Assembly: GCF_009914755.1 (NCBI RefSeq)
Contig: NC_060937.1
Direction: 5' to 3' (one strand)
Origin: the human T2T-CHM13v2.0 reference genome, Homo sapiens
DNA length: 64,000 nucleotides
In this document: piece by piece, positions 13,651-27,000 of the stretch
Layout of the letters: each line of letters opens with the position of its first letter
How positions within the stretch are numbered: the stretch's first letter is position 1
Translations under genes and position numbers: made by a program
The notes under the pieces: generated by a model
Told to the model about the DNA's origin: nothing
Databases searched by the model: none
What the model saw: only the letters and a program-made list of their open reading frames with translations

Positions 13651-14047
13651 TGAGATTGTTGGATCATATGGTAGTTCTATTTTTAACATTTTGAGAAACT
13701 TTCATACTGTTTTCCACAATGGCTATACTAATTTGCATTCCCATAAACAGTATTTAAAGATGTTCTTTGTTCCACAACCTTGTCAAGATGTATTATTTTT
13801 TGTGATAGGATATCTCACTGTGGTTTTAATTTGCATTTCCCTAATTTATGATATTGAGCATTTTTTATATACCTGTTGTCCATTTATATGTTTTCTTTTG
13901 AGAAATGTCTATTCAGGTCTTTTGCTCATTTTTAATTAATTTTTTATTTTAATTAATTTATTTATTTATAATTAAGCTGTTTGAGTTCCTGTATATTTTA
14001 GATAATAACCCCTTATCAGATGTATGGTTTGCAAATATATTATCTCA

Positions 14048-14167
<120 letters not shown>

Positions 14168-15049
14168 TTATATATAATGTGTATATACAGTGTGTATATA
14201 TATAATGTCTATATATATATATATATAAATAAACTTCTGGATTCAAATATAATATGCAAATATAAAAAGAACTGGGCTAGTTTACAAAGAAGATAGAAAA
14301 CAATCTATGACTGTGAGGGCTTTATAAGTAATAAGAAAAAAATGGCAAACACAAATGTCATCACTTTAATTAAAAATATGAAACATTTATAATACAGATA
14401 AACTTCAGCTGTTTGTGATACCAGAATAATAAGAATTACCAGATCCAAGTCTGTTATTTTTGTTGAAAGTGGTCCTGACATAATCTTTCAAGCTTTGAAT
14501 GTACATCTCAATCTCAATATTTTTGCAAATTTAAAAGAGCAGCAGAGTCACAGGAAGCTATACTTCAAGGGGTAATTTTCTCTATTTAATTCTTGAAATA
14601 ATTGTGAGCTATTTTGAGGGAGAAGCATTTTTGGAATATAATTAGTAGGACAATATTGAGAAGGAGGATGTGGCAAAACACAGTTTACATATGTCAAAAT
14701 ATATAAGAAAATGTAGTTCTCTGTAATAAAAACCATTTCCTACAGTAATGGAATTATTTAACAAAAGAAATTTTAATTGAATTCATTACCATAACTCTTC
14801 ATATTTATTAGAGAAATCAAAATATTAAAGTTCTATTCCACAAATAAAATTAACATTTTCTCCTATTCCTCAGTGTATTTTAGGAAACTGAAAGGGTAGT
14901 TAAAAATTGTAAAGCCTACATAAATGGTTGAACAGCTTGTAGAAGAAGAGTGACTATCTTCTAGTACGTATATTTATTCAATACTAGCCAGGCTTTTCTA
15001 AGAGTAAGGACTTAAGTTTTACCTTCTTGGAGGCAAAATATTGTAATTG

Positions 15050-15240
15050 AACATGAGCAACTTTGGAATTGAGCATAACTTAGTTTGAGCTGTGAGTCTT
15101 TGGCAAGGTATAAAACCTTCTCAAGTATCCATTTTTGTACTTGCAAAATGGGGGAAACTAATATCTAATATTTGGCATCTTGGAGTTTTACATGTGATAT
15201 CAACGATTAAATGCCTGGTACACAAGGTATTCACTAAGCC
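15050..15240 (+). mobile_element. MIR SINE
   Basis: ctttggaattgag...gagctgtgagtctttggcaagg...gcaaaatgggggaaactaata...tgcctggtacacaagg. Confidence 0.6.
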
Positions 15241-17327
15241 TTTTGTTCCAAATATTTTCTCCTATAAATAAAGCAAAGAATGTTTAGTGGTAACATACTA
15301 CCACTTCTAATATTATTGTTAGTAATGATTTCTGTTTATTGAACATCTATTATATAGTCAGTATTGGAACGGCTGCTTTACATGCACTTATTGAGCATCT
15401 ACTATGCACCTGATTTTTGAGTTAACTACTTTATTTTAAAATTTTGTTTAATTATTTATTTTTGTGGCTACATAGTAGGTGTATATATTTATGGGTTACA
15501 TGACACATTTTGATACAGGCAAGTAAAGCTTAATAATCACATCAGGGTAAATGAGGCATCCATCACCTCAAGCATTTATCCAATGTGTTACAAGTATTCG
15601 TGCTATCAAATATTCACTCTTAGTTATTCCTTCTAACTACTTTTGGACCCATTAGCCATACCCACCTCTCCCCTAACCCACTCCACTACCCTTCCCAGCC
15701 TCTGGTAACCATCCTTGTGCTCTCTGGGTCCAGGGGTTCAGTTGTTTTAATTTTTAGCTCCCACAAATAAGTGAGAACATGCAAAGTTTGTCTTTCTGTG
15801 CCTAGCTTATTTTACTTAGCATAATAACCTCAATTTCTATCAATGTTGTTGCAAATAATAGAATCTCATTGTTTTTCATGGCTGAACAGTATACCATGTG
15901 TATATATATCACATTTTCTGTATCCATTCACCTGTTGAGAGACACTTAGGTTGCTTCCAAATGTTGGCTATTGTGAACAGTGCTGTAGTAAAGATGAGAG
16001 TGTAGATATCTTGTTAATATACTGATTTTCTTTCTTTTAATTATACTTAGCAGTGGGATTGATAAATTGCATGGAAGCTCTATTTTTAGTTTTCTGGGGA
16101 ACCTCCAAACCGTTCTCCATAGTGGTTGTACTAATTTACATTGCAACTAACACTTTACAAGGGTTCCCTTTTCTCTACATCCTGGTTGGCATTTGTTATT
16201 GCCTGTCTTTTGAATACAAGCCATTTTAACTGGGGTGAGATGATATCTCACTGTAGTCTTGATTTGCATTTCTCTGATGATCAATGACATTGAGCACTTT
16301 TTCATATGTTTGTTTGCTATTTATATATCTTTTTTTGTGAAACATCTATTCAGATCTTTTGCCCATTTTTAATCAGATTATTAGATTTTTACCTATAGAG
16401 ATGCTTGAGCTTCTTATATATTGTGGTTATTAATCCCTTGTCAAATTGGCAGTTGGCAAAATTTTTCTCCCATTCTGTGGGTTGTTTCTTTATTTTGTTG
16501 ACTGTTTCCTTTGCTGTCCAGAAGCTTTTTAACTTGATGTGATCCCATCTGTCCATTTTTGCTTTGGTTGCCTGTGCTTCTGGAGTATTACTCAAGAAAT
16601 CTTTGCCCAGTCAATGTCCTGGAGAGTTTTCCAAATTTTTTTTTCTCGCAGTTTCATAGATTGAGGTTTTCCTTTAACTATTTAATCAATTTTTATTTGA
16701 TTTTTTTATATTGTGAGAGATAGGAGTCTAGTTTCGTTCTTCTGCATATGGATATCCAGTTTTCCTAGAATCATTTATTGAAGAAACTGTCCTTTCCCCC
16801 AGTGCATGTTCTTGGAAACTTTGTTGAAAACAAATTCACTGCAGACGTATGGATTTGTTTCTAGGTTCTCTATTCTGTTCCATTGGTATATGTGTCTGTT
16901 TTTATGCCAGTACCCTACTGTTTTGGTTACTATAGCTCTGTAGAATAATTAAAAGTCAAGTAATGTGATTTCTCCACTTTTGTTCTTTTTGCTCAGGATA
17001 GTTTTGACTATTCTGGGTCTTTTGTGATTCCATAGGAATTTTAGAATTGTTTTTTCCATTTCTGTGAAGAATGCTATTGGAATTTTAGTAGAGAATGCAT
17101 TGAAACTGTAGATCATCTTGTAGATTATGTTGAAGTATGTTCCTTCAATAGCCAGTTTTTTTATGGTTTTTATCATAAAGGGATGTTGAATTTTATCAAA
17201 TGCTTTTTCAACATCAAATGAAATGATCATATTATTTTTGTCCTTCATTCTGTTGATATGCATATGTTGAACCATCCTTGCATCCCTGGGATAAATCCCA
17301 ATTGGTCATGATGAATGATCTTTTTAA

Positions 17328-17678
<351 letters not shown>

Positions 17679-19284
17679 TGTTCAGGATTTTTGCATCAAT
17701 ATTCATCAGGGATATTGGCCTGTAGTTTTCTGATGTATGTTTGTCTAGTTTGGTATCAGGGTAATATTAGCCTCACAGAATGAGTTTGGAAGTACTCCTT
17801 TTTCCTCTTCCCCTCTGTTTTTCAGAATAGTTTGAGTGGGATTGGTATTCATTCCTCTTTAGATATTTGGTAGAATTCAGCAGTGAAGTCATCAGGTCCT
17901 GGGATTTTCTTTGCTGGGATACTTTTTACTATGACTTTCGTCTTGTTACTTCTTATTGGGGTATTCAGGTTTTTAAAAATTTTTTTCATGGTTCAATCTT
18001 GGTAGGTTGTATATATCCAGAAATTTATCAATTTCTTCTAGATTTTCCAAATTATTGGCATATAGTTGCTCATAGTAGCAACTAATGATCCTTTGAACTT
18101 CTATGGTGTCAGATGTAATGTCTCCTTTTCCGTCTTTGATTTTATTTACTTAATTCTTCTTTCCTTTTTTCTTAGTCTGGCTAAAAGTTTGTCAGTATTG
18201 TTTATTGTTTCAGAAAATGAACTTTCATTTTATTTTCTATTGTTTTCTTCATTTTAATTTCATTCATTTCTGCTCTGATCTTTGTTATTTCTTTTCTTCT
18301 ATTTTGGATTTGGTTTGTTCTTGTTTTTCTAGTTTTTTAAGATGCCTCATAAGTATGTTTATTTGAAGTTTTTCTACTTTTTTTAATGTAGGCACTTATA
18401 GCCATAAGCTTCCCTCTTGACACTGCTTTCACTGTATCTCATAGGTTTCAGTATATTATGTTTCTGTTATCGACTGTTTCAAGAAATTTTTTCATTTCCT
18501 TCTTAATTTCTTCATTGATCCATTGGTCTTTCAGGAGCATATTGTTTAATTTCCATGTGTTTATGTAGTTTCCAAAATCCTTCTTGATATTAATTTCTAA
18601 TTTTATTTCCTTGTGGTCAGGGATGGTACTTGATGGTATTTCAACTTTTTTGAGTGTTTTAAGACTTGTTTTGTGACCTAATATATGGTCTATCCTTGAG
18701 AATAATCCATGTGCTGAGGAAAAAAATTTGTATTCTGCAGCCATTGGATAAAATATTTTGTAAATATGTGTTATATCCATTTGGTCTGTAGTGCAGATTA
18801 AGTCTGATGTTTCTTTGTTGATTTTTCTGTCTGAAAGATCTGTCTAATGGTGAAAGTGGGGTGTTGCAGTCTCCATCTATTACTGCATTGTGGTCTGTCT
18901 CTTTCTTTAGCTCTAATAATGTTTGATTTATCTATCTGGGTGCTCCAGTGTTGGGTGCATATATATTTATAATTGTTAACTCCTCTGACTGAATTGACCC
19001 CTTTATAATTACGTAATGGCCTTCTTTGTCTCTTCTTGTAGTTTTTGTCATGAAGTACATTTTGGCTGATATAAGTATAGCTACAGCTGCTCTATTTTGG
19101 TTTCCATTTACATGAAATATGTTTTTCCATCCGTTTGTTTTCAGACAATTTGTGTTTTTATAGGTGAAGTGTGTTATTTGTGGGCAACAGATCTTTGCTT
19201 CTTTTTTTCTTTTTTTTAAATCTCTTAAACCACTGTATGTCTTTTTATTGAAGAGTTTAGTCCATTCGCATTCAAGGTTATTAT

Positions 19285-19612
<328 letters not shown>

Positions 19613-22600
19613 TAAAGATTTACTTCTGCCATTTTGTTATTTATTTTCTGGTTGTTTTGTGGCATTCTCCCCCATCTTTCCTTTCTTCCTCTCTTCCTTT
19701 TAGTGAAGGTGATTTTCTTTGATGGTATGATTTAATTTATTGCGTTTTACTTTTTGTGTATTCATTGCATTTTTTAAATTTAAAGTTAACATGAGTCTTG
19801 CAAGTAATATCTTATAACCCATTATTCTAAACTGATAACTTAATATTGATGGCATAAAGAACAAAAAACTAACATACAATCAAAATGAAAACTAATAAAA
19901 ACCCTACACCTTAACTTTATCCACCTACTTTTTTAGTTATTGCTGTTTCTACTTATATCTTATCATACTGTTCATGTCTTGAAAAGTAGTTGTTGTTATA
20001 ATATTATTTTTGATTGGTTGATCTTTGTCTTTCTACTTAAGAGTAATTTACACAGCATAAGTACAATATTATCATATTCTGTATTTTTCTGTGTATTTAT
20101 ATTGCCAGTGAGTTTTGTACCTTCAGATGATTCCTTATTACTCATTAGCATTCTTTTCTTCCTGATTGAAGAACTCCTTTTAGTATTTCTTGTAGGAGAG
20201 GTCTGGTGTTGATGAAATGCCTTAGCTTTTGTTTGCCAGGGAAAGTCTTTATTTCTCCTTCATGTTTGAAGGACATTTTCCCTGAATATACTACTCTAGG
20301 ATAAAAGGTTTTTTCCTTCAGCACTTTGAATGTGTCATGCCACTCTCTGCTGGCCTGTAAAGTTTCCAATGAAAAGTCTACTGCCAGGCGTATTGCAGTT
20401 TCTTTGCACGTTATTTGTTTCTTTTCTCTTGCTGATTTGAGAATCCTTTCTTTATCCTTCACCTTTGGGAGCTTGATTATTATATACCTTGAGGCAATCT
20501 TCTTTGGGTTAAATCTACTTGGGTTCTACAACCATCTTGTACTTGAATATTGATATCTTTCCTTAGGTTTGGTAAGTTCTCTGTTATTATCCCTTTGAAT
20601 AAACTTTCCACCCTTATCTCTTTTTCTACCTTCTCTTTAAGGCCAGTGACTCTTAGATTTGCCCTTGTGAGGCTATTTTCTAGATCTTTTAGGCATGCTT
20701 TATCTTTTTGTGTTACTTTTTTCTTTTGTCTCCTCTGACTGTGTATTTTCAAACAGCCTGTCTTCAAGCTCACTAATTATTTTTTTTTTGCTTGATCCAT
20801 TCTGCTGTTAAAACACTTTGATGAATTGCATTTTCAATTTCTGCCTGATTCTTTTAAATTGCTTTAATCTCTCTGTTAAATGTATCTGATAGAATTCTGA
20901 GTTCCTTCTCTGTGTTATCTTGAATTTCTTTGAATTTCCTCAACACAGCTATTTGAATTCTCTGTCTGAAAAGTCACATATCTCTGTTTCTCCAGAATTG
21001 GTCCCTGGTGCCTTATTTAGTTTTTTTTGTGAGGTCATGTTTTCCTGGATGGTCTTGATGCTTTTGGCTGTTCATCAGTGTCTGGGCATTGAAGAGTTGT
21101 AAGTTTATTGTAGTCTTTGTGGTCTGGATGTGTTTGAAGGTGTCTTTCTTGGTAAGGTATTCCAGGTATTTGAAGGAACTTAGGTGTTGCGATTTAAGCC
21201 TTATCTGCATTGGAGGTCAACAAAAGCCCAGTAATGCTGTGGCTCTTGCAGACTCATAGAGGTACTGCCTTGGTTGTCTTGGATAAGATACAGAAGAATT
21301 CTCTGAATTACCAGACAGAGACTCTTGTTCTCTTCCCTCACTTTCTCCCAAACGAAGTCTGTCTGTGCTGAGCTGCCTGGAGCTGTGTGTTGGGTGACAC
21401 AAGCCCCCTCCTGTGGCCACTACCAGTGAGAATTTGCTGGGTCAGACCTGAAGTTAGCATAGGCCTGGGTCTCCCTCAAGGCCCTCTGTAACTTCTACTT
21501 GGCTACTGCCTATGTTCACCCAAGGCTCTAGGGTTCTACAATCAGTAGATGGTGAAGTCAGGTGTGCTTGTGTTCTTTCCTTCAGGTTGGCAAGATTCCC
21601 CAGTCCCCAGGTGAGTCCATAGATGCCATCTAGGAGCTGGGGACTGTAGTCAAAAACCTTAGATGCACTATTCTACTGTGGCTAAGCTGGAACTCAAACC
21701 ATGAGATGCAGTCCTTCCCACTCTTCCCTCCCCTTTTCACAGGCAGAGGAACCTCTCCTTGTGGCCACCACTACCATAGGCCCACATAAATTACTGCCAG
21801 GTTACTTCCAATGTTTACTTAAGACCCAAGGGCTCTTCAGTCAACTTTGGTGAATGCTGCCTGGCCTGGTTCTTACCCTGTGTTCCCCTCTGATCCAGGT
21901 CAAATCCAGAAATACCATCCAAGAGCCAAGGCCTGGAATAGGGGACTCTAAGCACTTACTTGGTGCTCTACGCCACTGTGGCTGAGCTGGTACCTAAGGT
22001 GCAAGACTAAGTCTCCATTAGTTTTCCTCTGCTGTTCTCAAGCAGAAGGTGTCTCTCATTATAGCCACCACAGCTGAGAATGTTCTGGGTCTCAGCTCAA
22101 GCATGCGCATCTCAGAGTCTCACACAAGGCCCATAGGCATACTCTCTGGGGATGATTTTCATGGCCCAACAGCTCTTTGGTCAGCAGGTGATAAATCCTG
22201 TAAGGACTGGGTTCTTCCCTTCTAGGTGTAGGTTCCCTTCTGGCCCAGGGTGTGTCTAGAAATGTCATCCAGGAGTTGGGGCCTAGAATGGGAGCCTCAT
22301 AACTCTGCCTGATGCTCTATTCTACTGTGGCTGAGCTGGTATCCAAGATGCAAGACAAAGTCCTCTTTATTTTTCCCTCTTCTCAAGCAGAAGAAAAAAC
22401 TCACTGTCATTGCTGCAAGCTGAACTGCCTAGGGTTGGGAAAGGGTGATGCAAACACTACCTTAAGCTTCCTCAGCTGGTGTCTCCCTAGGTCACATGCC
22501 ATGCAAGTCCACTGGCCGTAAGCCCAGCATAGCACTAGGACTTGCCTTGGAGTTGCAGTCTTGTTGGCCTAGACTGTCTTTCAAGTTTCTTTAGAACCCC

Positions 22601-22979
22601 AGAGCACTTTAGCCTGCAGTTCCAAGGTTTGGTGGAACTCAGCTTCTGGCTGCTGGGATAGGTGATTCCCCTCTCATTTGGGCTGTACTAAATGCTCTGT
22701 ACATGAGCTGGTGTCAGCTGAGTTCAGCCCAGTTTTGCTTTCTGCTGTGACAGGACAGCAATTAGTTTAATGCAAAGTCTCCCAATTGCTACACTTTTCC
22801 TCCCCCAAGCACACAGATTCTGTCTCTGTACCATGCGGGTGCTGCTGGGTGATAGGAGAGTGGTAGTATCAGCAGTTGAAGACTGTCTTTCTTACTGTCT
22901 TCATTGCTTCTTTCAGCAATATGAAGTTAAAACCAGGTACCGTGATTGCTCATCTGATTTTGATTTTTATAAAGGTATA

Positions 22980-22982
<3 letters not shown>

Positions 22983-23019
<37 letters not shown>

Positions 23020-23025
23020 TGTGTA
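22983..23025. repeat. (TG)n microsatellite in the L1 5' UTR
   Basis: Directly visible. Confidence 0.95.
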
Positions 23026-24001
23026 GATAGTTCTTAAATTTTTTGTGTTCCTGTGGTGGTGAGGGTGGGGTATGATAGTCTGTGGAGACTTCAGCCATCT
23101 TGCTCAGCCCCTCTGAATTAGTTGCTTTATATTTTGTTCCATAGATAAAATTTAAAAAACAACTTTATAAGGAAGAAATTTTAATACAATTATGCAGATG
23201 AAAAACGCATGTTTGGTTGGAATAATGCTGCAGTTGCTATGCTGGAAGATTACAAGTTTTATAGGACCTTAGAAACTTTGCCACTTCTACTGCCTCATTT
23301 GAAATCACATCTCTTTATAATAACTAACAGACATTTTAGTAGCCCCAAGTGACAGTTGAGAAAATAAGGTTCAGTTAGGTTGTCACTGTCCAGGTTCTCT
23401 TAGCAGCTATTGAATCTGTGAATAAATTCAACTTTTTTTTTAACCTTTACCTCCAGTTTACTTTTTATTATATTGTCTCTCTGTGTTGGTGATAACTTAG
23501 ATATATTAGTTACTATACAAAAGGTAATGATGATTTTGTTTCTGTTTTTCTGGAGATAAGGAAAAGGGGGTATGCATATAAAGTAGCAGAGAAGGATTTT
23601 AGAATTTGGGATAAAAATGTTTGTTTTTCAGTACTTGTGAAACATCATAATGGGATGATTGAGGGTTATTTTCTGAAGATTTAAAGACATGGATATATAT
23701 ATAACTATAATTGGAGGAAGATGTGATGAGCATAGGCTGAATGATTCATCCAAGACATTTTTCAGGCTTAAAATTATGAGATTCTCCATCAGGCATGTTA
23801 AGCAGCTCCCCATAAACTTTTCTCTATACTTATAAAAAGATTTTGTTTGTCATTCTTCCTCTTTGTGTACACCACCAAACCCATGCCATGGTAGCAAATA
23901 CCACATGTACACACACATACACACGCATACACACACAACTTTTATTAATGTACAATAGTAAACTATAGCAGCTTTCTGATAGCTGGTCCTGGGTTGGTGA
24001 A

Positions 24002-27000
24002 TGAGATGGTTTGGAAATTTGTCCCCTCCAAATCTCAAGTTGAAATATGATTCCCAGTGTTGAAGGTGGGGCCTTATGGGAGATGTTTGGGCCATGGGGG
24101 AAGATCTCTCATGAATGGCTTGCTGCCCTTTCCGTGGGTATTAGTGAGTTCTTCCTCTATTAGGTCACATGAGAGCTGGTTGTATAAAAGAAACTGGCAC
24201 CTCCTCTCTCCATCTCTCTTTCTCTCTATCTAGCTTCCTGTTTCACCACATGACACAGCAGATTCCCCTTTGCCTTCCCCCATGATTTAAGCTTCTTTAG
24301 TACTAACCAGAAGCCAAGCAGATGCTGGTTCCATGCCTGTAGAGCCTGCTGAGCTGTGAGCCTGAGTTATTTGTGAGTATAGGAACACAAATGAACTTTA
24401 TAACAACACAAATGAACTATCACAGAAAATTGGTACCTAGGAGTGGGACATTGCTATAAAGGTACCTGAAAATATGAGAGTGGCTTTGGAACTGGATAAT
24501 AGACAGGGGTTTGAAGAGTTTGAAGGGTTCAGCAGAAGACAATAAAATGAAAGAAAGTTTGGAACTTTTCACAGACTAGGTAAGTAGTTGTGACCAAACT
24601 GCTTATTGAAATATAGACAGTGAAGGCCAGGCCGAGGAGGTCTCAGATGGAAATAAGGAACTTATTGGGAACTGGAGCAAAAGTCACCCTTGTTATGCCT
24701 TAGCAAAGAACTTGGCTGCACTGTGTCTATGTCCTAGTACTCTGGAAGACTGAATTTAAGAGTGATTCTGCAGGGTATGTGGCAGAAGAAATTTTTAAGC
24801 AGTAAAGCATTCAAGAGGTGGTCTGGCTGTTTCTAACTTCCTAGATCAGATATGGAAGCAAAAAGATGACAAATCTGGAAAATATTTAAAAGGGAAGCAG
24901 AATGTACAAATTTGAAAAATTTGCAGATTGGGAATGTAGTAGAGACAGAAGGAGACTTTTCAGGAGAGGAATACAAGGAAGCTGTGAAGCAACCATTTGG
25001 TGGAGAGATTTGCGTGACTAAAAGAGAGCTGAGTGCTAACAGGCAAGACAATGGGAAAAAGGCCTTGAAGGCATTTCAGAAACATTTCAGGCTCCCTTTC
25101 CCATCGCAGGTCCAGAGGCCTAGGAGGAAAGAATGGTTTAGTGGGCCAGGCTCAGGGCCCTGTTGCCTTGAGTAGCTTCAGGACACTGCTCCCTGTATCC
25201 CTGCTGCTTTAGCCATGGCTCAAAGAGCCCCAAGCATAGAAATTTTGCTATGCACCACTGAAGCAGTGCACCACTGCTTCAGAAGGCACAAGCCATAAGC
25301 CTTGATGAATATAATGTGGTGTTAAGTCTGTGTGTCTCAGAATGCAATAGTGAAGAAGCTTGGCATCTTCTGTAGATTTCAGAAAATGTATGATGATATG
25401 GTTTGGCTCTGTCCCCACCCAAATCTCATCTTGAATTATCATATGTTATGGTAGGAACCCCATGGGAGGTAACTTAATCACGGGAGCAGATCTTTTCTGT
25501 GCTGTTCTCATGATTGTGAATAAGTCTCATGAGACCTGATGGTTTTAAAAAGGGGAGTTTTCCTGCACAAACTCTCTTCTCTTGTCTGCCACCATTTGAG
25601 ATGCACCTTTCACCTTCTGCCACGATTGTGAGGCCTCCCAGCCACATGGAACTATAAGTCCATTAAACTTATTTTGTGAGTTGCCCAGTCTCAGTATGTC
25701 TCTATAAGCAGTGTGAAAACAAACTAATAGAGTAAATTGGTATCAGAAGTGGGTGCTGCTGAAAAGATACCCAAAAATGTGGAAGTGACTTTGTAACTGG
25801 GTAACAGGCAGAGGTTGGATCCATTAGGAGGGCTCAGAAGAAAACCGGAAGATGTGGGAAAGTTTGGAACTTCCTAGAGACTTGTTGAATGGCTTTAACC
25901 AAAATACTGATAATGATATGGACAATGAAATCCAGGCTGAGGTGGCCTCAGATGGAGATGAGGAACTTGTTGGAAACTGGAGTAAAGATGACTCTTGTTA
26001 TGTTTTGGTGAAGAGACTGGTGGCATTTTGCCCCTGCCCTAGAGATCTGTGGAAGTTTGAACTTGAGAGAGATCATTTAGGGTATCTGGCAGAAGATATT
26101 TCTAAGCAGCACAAATTCAAGAGGTGACTTGGGTGCTGCTAAAGGCATTCAGTTTTAAAAGAGAAACACAGCATAAAAGTTTGGAAAGTTTGCAGCCTGA
26201 CAGTGCGATAGAAAGAAAATCCCATTTTCTGAGGAGAAACTCAAGCCAGCTGCAGAAATTTGCATAAGCAACAAGGAGCTGAATGTGAATCACCAAGACA
26301 ATCGGGAAAATGTCTCCAGGGCATGTCAGAGACCTTTGTGGCAGACCTCCTGTCACAAGCCCAGAGGTTTAGGAGGAAAAAATGGTTTTCTGGGCCAAGC
26401 CCAGGGTCCCTCTGCTGTGTGCAGTCTAGGGACTTGGTGCCCTGCATCCCAGCTTCTCTAGCCATAACTAAAGGGGACCAAGGTAGAGCTCAGGCTGTTG
26501 CTTCAGAGGGTGGAAGCCCCAAGCCTTGGCAGCTTCCACGTGGTGTTGAGCCTGCAGGTGCACAGAAGTCAAGAATTGAGGTTCAGGAACCTCTGTCTAG
26601 ATTTTAGAGGCTGGGTGGAGACACTTTGATGTCCAGGCAGAAGTTTGCTGCAAGGGTGGGGTCCTCATGAAGAACCTCTGCTCAGGCAGTGCAGAAGGGA
26701 AATGTGGGGTTGGAGCTTCCACACAGAGTCCCTACTGGGGCACTGCCTAGAGGAGTTGTGAGAAGGGGGCCACTATTTTCCATCCTCCAGACCCAGAATG
26801 GTAGATCCACCAACAGCTTGCACCATGTGCCTGGAAAAGCTGCAGACACTCAATGCCAGCTTGTGAGAACAGCCAGGAGGGGGGCTGTATCCTGCAAAGC
26901 CACAGGGGTGGAGCTGTCCAAAGCATGGGAGCCCACCGCTTGCATCAGCATGACCTGGATGTGAGACATGGTGTCAACGGGGATCATTTTGGAACTTTAA

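Noticed and set aside
13432-13939. Long low-complexity ORFs (YIYIY, CVCVC; also 49567..49871)
   Set aside because: Translations of TA/TG/CA microsatellites.
25630-25650. PRDM9 hotspot motif (CCTCCCTAGCCAC / CCNCCNTNNCCNC) in THE1 LTRs
   Set aside because: None of the four THE1 LTRs matches: cctcccagccac (1 nt short), ccttccagccac, cctcctcaaccct and cttcctcagccat.
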